Below are positions 50,822 through 63,207 of a DNA stretch of 64,000 bases, one piece after another. The notes under the pieces were generated by a model. It had not been told where the DNA came from. It saw nothing but the letters and a program-made list of their open reading frames with translations, and did not search any database. Positions within the stretch are counted from its first letter, which is position 1, and every line of letters begins with the position of its first letter. The DNA comes from Sphyrna mokarran (Eukaryota). The position numbers and the translations under genes were made by a program. The DNA lies in contig JAGIQG010000017.1 in the NCBI GenBank assembly GCA_024679065.1, positions 22,878,001 through 22,942,000 of the forward strand, in the 5' to 3' direction.

Positions 50822-53800
50822 TACAAATAGGAAAGCAGATGATTACTTGAATGGATGTAAATTCAGAGAGGTGGGTACTCAGTGAGACCTTGGTATCTTT
50901 GTGCATTAGTCACTGAAAATAAGTGTGCAGGTACAGCAGACATAAAGAAGGCAAATGGTATATTGGCCTTCGTAGTGAGAGGATTTCAGTATAGGAATGT
51001 TTTACTGAAGTTGTATATAGGTGTTGGTGAGGCCATATTTGGAATGTTATGTGCAATTTGGTACCCTTACCTGGTGAAGGGAGTGCAACAAAGGATTACC
51101 AGGCTAATTCCTGGGATGGCAGGGCTGTTATAGGAGGAGAAACTACATCAGTCAGGATTATATTTATTAGAAGGAGTTAGAAGAGTGAGATGGAATCTCA
51201 TAGAACTTTATAAAAGTCTAACAGGATTAAACAGGATTATTCAGAAAAAATGTTCCTGATGGTGGGGGAATCCAGAACCAGGGGGATAGCTTGAGGATAA
51301 GGGATAAATCTTTTATGATTGAAGTGAAGAAAAATTTCTTCACCTAGAAAGTAGTGTATCTGTGGAATTCACGACCATGGAAAATAGTTGTGGCTAAAAC
51401 GTTGTGCGATTTTAAGAAACAATTAACAAAGAACAGTATAGCACAGAAGCAGGCTCTTCTGCTGTTCAAGCCTGCGCCGATCATGTTTACTATCTAAGTC
51501 AACCGCTTAAAACCCTCGATTCCCTGTTTGTTCATATGCCTATCAAGATGAGTCTTAAATTTGGCTAATGTAATTGCCTCAACCACGTCACTTAGTGTAT
51601 TTCAGGCCTCCATCACTCTGTACAGGAGAACTGGAAAAAATCCTCCCTCCTCAGTTTATCTTGAGCTTGTGCCCCCTTGTAATTGTCATTTCTGCCTAGG
51701 GAAAATGCTTCCAACTGCTCACCCTATCTATACCTTTCATCATTTTATAACATTTTATCAGCTTCTGTCTTTCTAGGGAGAACAATCCAGTTTATTCAAT
51801 CTCTCCTCACAGCTAATACCATCCCCATACTAGGCAATATCCTGGTACACCTTTCCTGCACTCTCTGCAAAGCCTCTACATCCTTCTGGTGCAATAAGTA
51901 GTCTCACAGCACCAAGTTAAAGTCCACTAGGTTTATTTGGTAGCGTGAGCTTTCGGAGCACTGCTTCTTCATCAGGTAAGTTTGTTTCACAAACAGGACG
52001 TATATAGACACAAACTCAATTATAAAATAATGGTTGGAATGCAAGTTTTAATAGGTAACTAAGTCGTTACAGGTGCAGACAATAAGTGAAAAGAGGATTA
52101 AGCGCAGGTTAAAGAGGTGCAAATTGTTTCAAGCCAGGACAGTTATTGAGATTTTGCAAGCCCAGGCAAGTCATGTGGATTACAGATAGTGTAGCATGAA
52201 CCCAAGATCCCAGTTGAGGCCGTCCTCCTGTGCGGAACTTGGCTATCTACTCGGCGATCCTATGCTGTCATGTGTCTTGAAGACCGCCTTGGAGAATGCT
52301 TATCCGAAGATCAGAGGCTGAATGCTCTTAACTGCTGAAGTGCTCCCAGACAGGAAGGGAACACTCCTGACTGGTGATTGTTGAGCAGTGTCTATTAATC
52401 TGTTGTTGTAGCATCAGCATGGTCTTGTCAGCATGGTACCATGCCTCAGGACATCTTCTCCTGCAGCGTATCAGATAGACGATGTTGGCTGAGTCGCATG
52501 AGTATGTACCCAGTAGATGGTGTTCTCACATGAGATGATGGCATCTGTGTCAATGATCAGGCACGTCTTGCAGAGATTGCTTGGTAGGGTTGTGTGGTGT
52601 TGTGATCGCTGTTCTCCAGAAGGCTGGATAGTTTGCGGCGAACAGTGGTCTGAGGTTGCGTAGTTGTTTGAAGGCAATTAATGAGGGTACGGGAATGGCC
52701 TTGGTGAGATGTTTGTCTTTGTTGATGACATGTTGTAGCTTCTCCGCTGGGGAAGTACTGGATGATGAAGGGTTCTCTGTTTGCCGTCAACCTCTAATCT
52801 TCAGATAAGCATTCTCCGAGGCCACTATGACAATGAATGCACGTAGCTGATGAAGAAGCAGCACTCCAAAAGTTCATGTTACCAAATTAACCTTTGGACT
52901 TTAACCTGGTGTTGTGAGTCTACTTACTTTGCCTACCCCAGTCCAATGCTAGCAACTCCACATTATCCTTCCAGTAGTGTGGGGACCAGAATTGGACACA
53001 GTATTCCAGATTTGGCTGAACCAACACTTTATACAACTGTAACTCAATTTGCCAACTTTTATAGTCTATCCTGTCTGATGAAGGGAGCACACCATATGCT
53101 TTCTTCACCACCACTCCACCTGTGCTGCCACTTTTAAGGATCTGTGGACCTGTACTCCCAGATCTATCTGTGTGACTATGCTTCAGATTGTTCTGCCATT
53201 CATTGTATAGCTCCTACTTGAACTGGATCTACTAAAATGCATCACATCGCATTTGTCTGGATTAAATTCCATTTGCCATTCCATTTGCCCAATTTTCCAG
53301 TCTATCAATGTCCTGCTGTATTTCCTATCTTCATCACTAGTCGCAACTCTGCCAATCTTAGTATCTTCTGCAAACTTGTTAATCAAACCAGCTACGTTTT
53401 CTTCCAAGTCATCCCTGTGGAACATCACTAGTTAAAGATCTCCATTCAGAAAATCACCATTGCTATCTTTTGGCTTCTTTCACCAAGCCAGTTCTGAATC
53501 CATAGTTAGTTCACCGCTGACCCCATGAGATTTAGTCTTTTGCACTAGCCTGCCATGAGGGACCTTGTCAAATGCCTTGTCCATATAGACAACATCCACA
53601 GTCTTTTCCTTGTCAAACATTTTTGTCACCTTCTCAAAAATACTCAATTAGTGATACGTGACTTCCCTTGTACAAAACCCTGCTGTCTATTGCTAACAAG
53701 ACCATTCGTTCAAAATGTGTATAGATCCTATTCCTAAGAATCTTCAGATATAACTCTTGGGGCTAAAGGGATCAGATGAAAAGGGGGAAGATGGGATCAG

Positions 53801-53895
53801 GATATTGAATTTGATGATCAACTGTGATCATAATGAATGGTGGAGCAGACTTGAAAAGCCAAGTGCCGTACTCCTGCTTCTATTTTCTATGTATG
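50822..53895. mobile_element. Nested CR1s: plus copy (50822-51425 and 53745-53895) interrupted by a minus copy (51426-51893 and 52965-53744)
   Basis: KKANGILAF..RG, LEYCVQFWSPHY and KFAEDTKIG motifs; continuity across the junctions. Confidence 0.8.
51895..52964. mobile_element. Fold-back PLE derivative inserted in a CR1; inverted terminal repeats with hammerhead motifs on opposite strands
   Basis: Left repeat 51895-51980 is the reverse complement of right repeat 52847-52927; internal GIY-YIG remnants (ORFs 52471-52790); flanking atccttc duplicated (51880/52965). Confidence 0.88.
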
Positions 53896-54088
53896 TTTTT
53901 ATGCACCACATTCCTTCAGTCGTAGTTGGATGAAAACCCTGAAACTTCATATGTACCAATCTTGCAGCAGCAGCATCCCTATCACATGGACTGCAATCTT
54001 TCAAGAAAGCAGTCCACCACCAACTTATCAAGAAATAAGTGATGAAATGTAAATGTTGCCCTTGGCAATCATATCACTTTTTTTATGG

Positions 54089-54215
54089 TCACTCACCTGA
54101 TGAAGGAGCAATGCTCTGAAAGCTCGTTTTATCAAATAAACCTGTTGGATTTTAACCTGGTGTTATGAGATTTCTTACTGTGACCTTCTCAGTCCAATGC
54201 TGGCACCTTCATGTC
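54089..54215 (+). mobile_element. Solo PLE terminal repeat with hammerhead core (CTGATGA 54097-54103, GAAA 54118-54121) and tail
   Basis: ACTCAC-CTGATGA-A-GGAGC AAT GCTCT-GAAA-GCTC-GTTT, followed by the aaataaacctgttgga...cttact...cagtccaatgc terminus shared with the other copies. Confidence 0.85.
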
Positions 54216-54289
54216 ATTTCTAATGATCTGTCAGTGAAATATGGAGAATGGTAGGTACAATTAATGTTGCTAATTTATTTTTCTGAAGA

Positions 54290-54605
54290 GTCAGGATAGT
54301 CAGAAGCTTTTTCCCAGGGTGGAAGAGTCAATTACTAGGGGTTATAGATTTAAGATGCGAGGGGCAAGGTTTAAAGGAGATGTATGGGACGGGTTTTTTT
54401 ACATAGAGTAGTGGGTGCCTGAACTCGTTGCTGGGGAGGTAGCGAAAGTGGACGTGGTAGTGACTTTTAAGGGGCGTCTTGACAAGTACATGAATAGGAT
54501 GGGAATGGAAGGTTATGGTCCCTGGAAGTTAAGTCGAATAGCATGGTGGTGCAGGCTTGGAGGACCAAAGGTCCTGTTCCTTTGCTATAATTTTCTTTGT
54601 TCTTT
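54290..54605 (+). mobile_element. CR1 3' fragment
   Basis: Homologous to 48770-49080 and to the reverse of 21610-21930 (FKGRLDKYMNRMGMEGYG). Confidence 0.85.
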
Positions 54606-54919
54606 ACATCTGGTAGACTGAGGACGGTCATCTAATCAGTATTCCCTAGTTTCAAACCAAATAATGTGTTAACGCTCAGCTCTCATTGATTTTTTGGTGC
54701 TGATTTTTCTAAAATCTGAGTGTTGAGTTGTTGTCTTGCTTAAGAAGAAAACACAAACCCAATTTTTTTTTTAATGCTCCAAAGGAATGCTTAGTTGTCT
54801 CGTTTCTTCCCTGCGTAGCTACAAGGCATTTTATTCTCCAGTCTGGAAGTATGTTATAAACTTATCAAATTCTCCAACGTTTAAATAAAAATCTAATAAT
54901 GTGTACAAAGGATTCTAAT

Positions 54920-55357
54920 GATATGGAGATGCTGACGTTGGACTGGAGTAAACACAGTAAGAATTCTCACAACACCAGGTTAAAGTCCAACAGGTTTATT
55001 TGATAGCACAAGCCACCAGCACTGCTCCTTCACCAAGAAGTTTTGTTTACAAATAGAGCATATAAAGACACAAAATCAATTTACAAAGTAATGGTTGGAA
55101 TGCAAGTCTTTATAGGTAATGAAGTCTTAAAGGTACAGAAAATGTGAGTGCAAAGAGCGTTAAGCACAGGTTAAAGAAATGTGTATTATCTCCAGCCAGG
55201 ACAGTGAGTGAGATTTTGCCTCCTTGGAAAGTACTTATCCGAAGATCAGAGGCCGAATGCCTATGACCGCTGAAGGGTGCTCCCTCAGGAAGAGAACACT
55301 CTTGCCTCGTGATTGTGAGCAGTGTTTATTCATTTGTTGTCATAGCATCTACTACAG
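54920..55357 (-). mobile_element. 5'-truncated PLE derivative with perfect 14-bp target-site duplication
   Basis: caaaggattctaat at 54906-54919 and 55358-55371; tailed terminal repeat with hammerhead partly deleted; GIY-YIG remnant. Confidence 0.88.
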
Positions 55358-57979
55358 CAAAGGATTCTAATCAGTTCTTGATTTCTGCCATGCTGATGTT
55401 TTAGATGCTGAACGGAGGCTAAATTTTCTAGGGATAAATGTAGACAGTAGGTGCTCTAAAGGATTTGCAAGGGGGAACGTAGCTAGAATACACTTAAGAA
55501 TGTATCCATAAAAATAAAATTAGCTTTTGACTGCTATCAATACTACATGTTCGTTTTGTTGGAAGTATTGATGTGGGAAATGTCTCTCGTATTTGATACT
55601 TTTATCACGAATTCCCAGCTAGCCAAATGACTTGTTTTCACTCCAGTTTGCTGTGGAGATAATAAGTAAACATGAACTGGTAAATCATGTTAATAATATT
55701 TTGAAATGCGTCATTGGCATGATGTAATATGAAGATTGTTATTTTTCTCAGCCTTCAATATAAATAATTGAGATAAAATTTTGTAATTTGGTTTGATATT
55801 TGCTAACTGACAGGAAAGAAAATTATAGGGGTGGTGTGTTATTAGAATGCAGGTTCAAATTTAACATAATAAATGTTAAAAACCATTGTTAGAAGAGCTA
55901 TCTAAAACACATTTAAGTAATTTCTTGGCAATCTGAACTGGTTTAGTCTGTAACACTAAACTGCCCACAGTTTTAGCAGTAATATGCTGATCAACTAGTT
56001 GCTGGACACATCTCTGAATTACAGTGAAGTGATTGATGCAAGGGGAGGAAGCATCTTTTTGTACCCTTTCTCAACTTTAAAATCATGAAACCTATCACAA
56101 ATCTAAAATTTCCTACAGTTAGCAGTTATTTGGTACAATGCTACATTGTATTGGTGTTCTTAGCATTTACAGCATAGAAACAGACTAGTTCAGGAGTAGG
56201 ATAGCAGGGGAGGAAAGTTGAAGGGCATGACTGGTTTGATGCTACTCAGTAATAAAAGTTGAGATGTGAGATCGCCCTATGCGTTTTTTTTTAATTCTAA
56301 TATATTCTACCTAACCATATTACGAGATTCCCATTTATAGAACTAAGTCAACTTGACTTTAACTTTTGACTCTTGTGCTCTATTTTGTACATTTAAATTT
56401 GCAATCCCCCATAAGAGGAACAATACTTATCTTCAGAAAATATGTTGTAATGAAGATAGAGTATATGTGGAATTAATATCTGACAGATGTTACTTTATAT
56501 GGTAGAATTCTTGATCCACAAAAATTAGCTGATACTCCCATTCCCACTTAATGCATTCTTTTCAAAGGTTCAGATCACAGCTGATGTTTTTCAAAGCACA
56601 GTGCCAGGAGTTTGGGAGAGCCTTGGTATTAATAATGTTCTGCATCATTCCATACATGTTTAACTGATAAATGGGAGAAGATATTAAAAAAAGAGAAAAT
56701 CTCCCATTGTCAAGTTTGAGATTTTGGGAGAGTATATAAATGAATGCATCTACAATATATCAGTATCTACTGTAATGGTGAAAATAATCCCCATAAGCTT
56801 GTGTAGTAAGTCATTTATTCCGGTAATTCACTTATAAGTATTGAGTACCAAATAAAGCTGCACAAAACACTAATACTGGTATTTGTATTAAATGTATTGG
56901 GCAGGTTTCATTGACCTTCTGTGAATGAAATAAAGTCAGTAATGATTCTAAAATGATTTTAACTATCATTTTAATTTGTAAGGTAGATTTGAATATTAGT
57001 AATAAAGAGTAACTCATTTATTGCAAATGTTTAATTTTTTTTAAATTGTTAATATTTCTCATTACAAAGTTATTGCCATACGCACTTAAGTGTGAATTAC
57101 GGAGCACATTACATGAAAAGGATACATACATGAGGTCTAGGCAGTTAAAAACAGATGAAGCATTTGAAGAATGCAGAGAAAGTAGAAAACAGCTCAAACA
57201 GGGAATTAGGACAAAAAGGGTCACAATGTCCTTGGAGAATTCCAAGGCATTTTATACGTATATTAGGAACTAGAGGGCAGTTAGAGTTGGTCCACTTAAG
57301 GATAAAAGAGGGAAATTATGTGTAGAACCAAAGGAAGTGGGTGAGATCCTTAATGAGTACTTTGCATCAGTAGTCACAAAGGAGAGGGACATGTTGGTTG
57401 ATGGTGTCTCGGAGGGATGTGTAAACCTTTTAGAACAAGTCATCATCGCAAGGAAGGAAGTGGTAGGTGAATTAGAAAGCATTAAGGTAGACAAATCCCC
57501 AGGGCCAGGTAGCACCTATCTGAGATTACTGAAGGAGATGAGATGAAATTACTGCACCTCAAACAGAAATCTTTGTTTCTTTGATGGCCGTTGGTGAGGT
57601 CTCAGAGAATGGATAGTCAACATTGTCCCATTATTTAAAGAGGTAGCAGGAATAACCCAGGTAATTATAGGCCAGTAAATTTGACATCATTGATTGTGAA
57701 ATTGTTGGAGAAGATTCTTATAAATAGGATCTATCCATATTTGGAACTGAATGGTCTTGTTAGCGACAGACAGCATGGTTTTGTATGAGGGAAGTTACAT
57801 CTCACCAATTTGATTGAGTTGTTTAAGCAAATGACAAAAATGATTGATGAGGGAAAGGCTGTGTATGTTGTCAAAGCATTTGACAAGATCCTTCATGGTA
57901 GGCCGGTGCAAAAGATTAAATCTCATGGGATCAGGGATGAACTAGCTAGACGGACTCAGAACGGACTTGGCCATAGAAG

Positions 57980-58104
57980 TGGAGATGCCAGCAATGGATT
58001 GGGGTAAGCACAATAAGAAGTCTTACAACACCAGGTTAAAATCCAACAGGATTATTTCAAATAAACATGTTGGACTTTAACCTGATGTTGTAAGACTTCT
58101 TACT
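57980..58104. mobile_element. Miniature PLE fold-back (terminal repeat only, ~89-nt hairpin) inserted in CR1
   Basis: 58014-58102 is a near-perfect palindrome; flanked by ttggccatagaag (57967-57979) and ttggtcagagaag (58108-58120). Confidence 0.85.
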
Positions 58105-58216
58105 ATGTTGGTCAGAGAAGACAGAGGGTAGTGGTGGAAGGTGATTTTCTGAATGGAGGACTATAGTTGGTGATGATCTGCAAGGATCAGTGCTGGGATC
58201 TCTGCTGTTTTTTTGT

Positions 58217-58553
58217 GGGCAGCACAGTAACACAATGGTTAGCACTGTTGCTTCGCAGCTGACCTGGGTTCAATCCCTGGCTTGGGTCACTGTCTGTGTG
58301 GAGTTTGTACATTCTCCTCGTGTCTGCATGATTTCCTCCGAGTGCTCCAGTTTCCTCCCACAGTCCAAAGATGTGCACATTAGGTTGATTGGCCATGCTA
58401 AAAATTGCCCTTAGCATCCTGAGATGCATGGGATAAAGATATTAGTAGGTAAATATGTAGGATGTAGGGATAGGGCTGGGTGGGATTGTGGTCAGTGCAG
58501 ACTTGATGGGCCGAATGGTGTCTCTCTGTACTGTAGGGTTTCTATGATTTCTA
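58217..58553 (+). mobile_element. HE1/V-SINE-like SINE
   Basis: gggcagcac head, A/B boxes, V-domain, tctatgatttcta tail; inserted in CR1 RT. Confidence 0.9.
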
Positions 58554-59518
58554 CATTTGTGATATATATAAATTACTTGGAAGAAAATGTAGCTAGTCTG
58601 ATCAGCAAATTTGCAGATGATACTAAGATTCGTGGAGTTGTGGATAGTGATGAAGATTGTCTGGGAATACAGCAGGATATAGATAGGAAAATTGGATAGA
58701 GAAATGGCAGATGGAATTTAATCTAGACAGATGCAATGTAATGCATTTTGCTGGATCCAATTCAGGTGGGAGCTACAAAATAGATGGCAGAACTATCAAG
58801 AGCATAGAGACACTGATCTAGAAATACAGGTCCACAAATACTTAAACATGGCACTACAGGTGAAAATGGTGCCTTTATCAGTAAATGAGGTATAGAAGTT
58901 GGCAAATTGTGTTGCAGTTGTATAAAATGTGGATTTGGCATATTTGGAATACTGTGTCCAATTCTGGTCACCACACGACCAGAAGGAGGTGGAGGCTTTG
59001 GAGAGAGTACAGAAAACGTTAATCAGGATTTGCCTGTCATGGAGGGTACTACCTGTAAGAAGAGATTGAATAAACAGGGATTGTTCTCCTTGGAAAAATG
59101 GAGGTTGTTCGTAAAATGATGAAAGGTATAGATAGGGTGAACAGTTGGAAGTTTTTTCCTAGGGCAGAAATGGCAATTACAAGAGGCACAAGTTCAAGAT
59201 AAGGGGAAAAGGTTCAGTGTGGGGGAAATTTTTTTTATACTGAGGGTGGTGCGGTCGTGGAATGCATTGCCAAAATGAGGTATTCGATGCGGTTATGTTA
59301 ATCATGTTTAAGACTTATTTTGATAGGTATATGAAGAAAAGGGGAATAGAGGGATCTAAGTGATTAATTTAGATAGGTAAAGTGATTGGTACAGGTTTGG
59401 AGGACCAAAGGGCCTGTTCCTATGCTGTACTGTTCTTTGTCCTGTGATTTTAGTAAGAAATTTGCTTTTTCTTGTTTTATTATTACACAAAAGACAATGC
59501 GTGTCATTACATAAAAGG

Positions 59519-59787
59519 ATAGGTACTCAGATTGCCAGAGATCTGGGTTCAATTCTGGCCCCAGGTGACTGTGCAAACACCATACAGACATTCTCTCCAT
59601 GGGTTTCTTCCCACAGACCAAAGATATGTGGCTTAGATAAATTGCCCCTTAATATCCCAAGATGTGTAGGTTAGAGGGATTATCAGGGTAAATAAGTGAA
59701 GTTACGAGAATAGTGGCTGGGTGGGATTGTTGGCAGTGCACGTTTAATGGGCTGCATAGTCTCCTTCTACACTATGGGGAATCTATA
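59519..59787 (+). mobile_element. HE1/V-SINE-like SINE (degenerate)
   Basis: gggttcaattct B-box; ttcttcccacagaccaaagat...gtaggttagagggatta. Confidence 0.8.
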
Positions 59788-61471
59788 ACCTGTTCAGGGA
59801 GTGAACTGACACTACTGAATTCTAGAAGATGTTTATGATAGACCCCAATTTGTAACAAATGTACAGCAATATGAAATTTGTCTTAATTCTTTTTAAAGAA
59901 GGGTAACTTTTTAATGTGGTGTTATATCAATTAAATGTTTTCCTGGGGATAACTTTATTCTTAAGTTTAAAATTCTAGGAATGGGAACTCATTTCCTATG
60001 CATGTTTTAACTTTATATACCTTTATTCTTTTAGAAACTGTAATTCCAAACACTTCTTTTCAAATTAGTAAGCGTCGCTATCTTTGAGCCAGAAGCTCTG
60101 GGTTCGAGTCTCACTCTTGGATTTGATGGCCATGGAAACTGAGTTCATAATCTGGCTAAACCTGTTGATTCTAAACATATAAATCCTTCCAATACGCATA
60201 TGGCAGGTGATAGGAGCGATAGAGTCTCCGGTCAGTCCAGTACCATAGTCAGGCATAACTATGGACCAACCCATGGAAATCCATGATCACCAATACCCTC
60301 TTTGGACATGGTACCTAGAGAAAAAAAGTCCAAAATGATAACACAATTAACTCCCAACAGATATTTGGAGTCATTTCATTGGTTAATTTATTTTTCATTG
60401 TTTTTGTGCACCCTTATTTGTTACAATTTGTATATCACACTCTAAAAGGGCATCCAAGAGTTTCAGTATGTTGACAGCATATATGTAGCCATTTTATACT
60501 GGAAATGTGCCATCCATCATATCATTTGAGGATTTTTAATAGGTGTCCAAGATGGGCACCTAAAACTGCACTGGTGTCCCTAACTTGCCTATGCATTGGG
60601 CCTAACTCCCACTTTCAGCCCCTTTGTTAAACTGGTTTGTGCATGACCACAGTATGGACTACACATGCTATGATGTCAGTTTCTTTATTTTTCCAAGTAA
60701 GCCAGTGATCCTTAAAAGTACTCAAAAATCTACCACCCAAGGCAATATTATTAATATTTTTAAAAACTTACTTGAAGTGAGACTCAAGATTGCTTGAGAT
60801 AGAGGATCTCCAATGGAAAATATACACCGTTTGGAGGAAGAATGACGAATTAAAGGATTAAAAATGTTCTACTTTTTAAAAAGAAACATTCTTGAATAAT
60901 AGTTAACTGTCTAAAACCTACAGCTGTTTAGTATTTTAATACTATTCCACTATTAAAAAGATCTAATTTTGTGCCGAATGTACGCCATTTGGTGTTAATT
61001 TGAAGAATACTTCTTTAGATTTTCCTATAGGATTATAGTCCTGTTCCTTATAAAACATTTATCGCTCTTGGTGGAAACACATTGGGTACCAGAATTGTGA
61101 AGGAATTCAGAAAGTCCTCTGCTCTAGACTGAGAATTGCATCCAGTTTTAGTTTTATACATCTATCATAGGAACAAACATAATGAGGATTACTTGATATG
61201 GAAAACTATGGCATGGCTTCAGTTCAATCCAAAAGGACCAAGTGAACTTCATATTTTTTATCCTTACAGGGTGAGAGCGTTCAAGATTTTAGCCTGCAGC
61301 ACAGTTAATGTCTGGTGCTGTAGTTCTTGTAATATATAATAATTTACTGGCTGTTTTATGATCTTCAGTTGTTTTTCTTTCTCTCCATTATTTGCTCCTG
61401 CAATTTTCCTGGCCTAATATAGAACTGAGTTATGTAGTTAAAGAAAAGACATTTTCATTCTATCCTATTGA

Positions 61472-61880
61472 TCAGCCTTGGCTCATTGATAACACTGATT
61501 CAGAGGCAAAAGGGATTGTGCAAGTTTAAATCCCATTTCAGTAACTTGAACGCAAGATCTTTTAATTGACACTTCTGAATATTGCTGATAAGATTGTTCC
61601 ACTGCTGAGATGCTGTATTTCATATGTGATATCAAACCAAAGTACCATCAGACCCCTCATGCGGACATAAAGTCTCATGGCTGATTTGAAGACTTCTTGG
61701 TGTCCTAGTCAAAATTTACCCTTCACTCATCACCATTAAAGCATCTTATCACTGTCTTGATGTTTTGGGATATAGCAACTAGTTTGTAGTTTCCTACATG
61801 ACAAGAGACACTATGCTTCAGAAGTAATTCATAAGACATCTCCAAATTGTGAAAGGTGTTATATAAAAGTAAGTTTTTCT
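61472..61880 (+). mobile_element. Deu-domain (SacSINE1-like) SINE, degenerate
   Basis: Colinear with 14203-14640; tail gtgttatataaaagtaagtttttc. Confidence 0.62.
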
Positions 61881-61987
61881 TTTCACTAGCAACTCCTACT
61901 TATTAAAGAGTTATTAAATGACCTGCATTTGTGAATGGGGAAAAAGCCGATGGAATCATCTGATACAGTGATATGTATTATTTCACT

Positions 61988-63207
61988 GAGTAAAGTTTTA
62001 CAACATCAATTTTAAATCCAACCAATTTATTTGATAGTAAATCCGCGAGCTTTCGACACTATGCGCCTTCGTCAGGCAAATGCAGTGCTCTGATCTGCAG
62101 AGGCACTCATATGCACAGACAGTTACAGATTGCTGATTAGAATGCGAATCCTTACATCTAACCTGCTATTCAAGTGTTAAAGTGGCTAACAATGTGTGTG
62201 AAGGGAATCCTGAGCATTTGTTAGAGAATTGTGTATTTTCTCCAGACAGCACAGTAAGTGAGGTTTTTTGCTAATCCAGGCAAGTTACGGGGGTTACAGA
62301 TAGTGTGTCATGAAGCCAAGATCCTTGTTAAGACCGTCCTCATGTGTGCGGAACTTGGCTATCAGTCTCTGCTCAGCAACTCTGCGCTGTGTGTCACGAA
62401 GGCCCCCTTGAAGAACATTTACCCACAGGTCGGAGGCCGAATGCCCATGACTGCTGAAGTGTTCGCCCACAGGAAGGGAACTGTTTTGCCTGGTGATTGT
62501 TGAGCGACGCTCATTCATCCGCTGTCGTAGTGTCTGCATGGTCTCCCCAATGTACCATGCTTCGGGACATCCTTTCTTGCAATGTATTAGGTACACAACG
62601 TTGGCCGAGTTGCAAGAGTATGTACCGTGTATCTGGTGAATGGTATCCTCACGTTTGATGATGTCGTCCATGTCTATGGTCTGGCATGTCTTGCAGAGGT
62701 TGCTGTGGCAGGGTTGTGTGGTATTGTGGTCAATGTTCTCCTGAAGGTTGGGTAGTTTGCTGCGAACAATGATCTGTTTAAGGTTGTGCGGTTGTCTGAA
62801 AGCAAGAAGTGGGGGGGGTGGGGATGGCCCTAGCGAGATGTTCATCGTCATCAATGACGTGTTGAAGACTCCGGAGAAGATGTCATAGCTTCTCCGCTCC
62901 GGGGAAGTACTGGACAACAAAGGGTACTCTGTCCACCTTGTCCCATGTTTGTCTTCTGAGGAGGTCAGTGTGGTTTATCGCTTGTGGCACGTTGGAACTG
63001 TCGATTGAGAGTCGAGCGCCATATCCTATTCTCACGAGGGCATCCTTCAGCATCTGGAGGTGTCTGTCACGATCCTCCTCATCTGAGCAAATTCTGTGTA
63101 TACGGAGGGCTTGTCCATAGGGAATGGCTTCTTTAACGTGTCTAGGGTGGAAGCTGGAGAAGTGGAGCATTGTGAGGTTGTCTGTCGGTTTGCGGTACAC
63201 TGAGGTG
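61988..63207 (-). mobile_element. Penelope-like element, 3' arm: RT thumb/linker, GIY-YIG endonuclease and terminal repeat with hammerhead
   Basis: ORFs 62883-63200 (YRKPTDNLTMLHFSSFHP..K.AIPYGQALRIHRICS) and 62294-62920 (C..C, SCNSANVVYLIHC...YIGETMQTLRQRMNE.R...VGEHF...E..LI..F.T...GLN), frameshifted; typical PLE GIY-YIG. Confidence 0.93.
62041..62081 (-). ncRNA. Minimal type I hammerhead ribozyme motif (intact) in PLE terminal repeat
   Basis: Minus strand AUUUGC-CUGACGA-A-GGCGC AUA GUGUC-GAAA-GCUC-GCGGAU. Complete core; stem II 5 bp (2 G.U); stem I 6 bp (2 G.U); palindromic AGCU stem III; CUC cleavage triplet. Confidence 0.8.

Larger units (their letters stand above)
57110..59442 (+). mobile_element. 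Decayed CR1 ORF2 carrying the PLE hairpin and an HE1-like SINE
   Basis: KAFYTYIRN, GEILNEYFASV, DKSPGP, KAFDKILHG, SKFADDTKI motifs. Confidence 0.88.
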
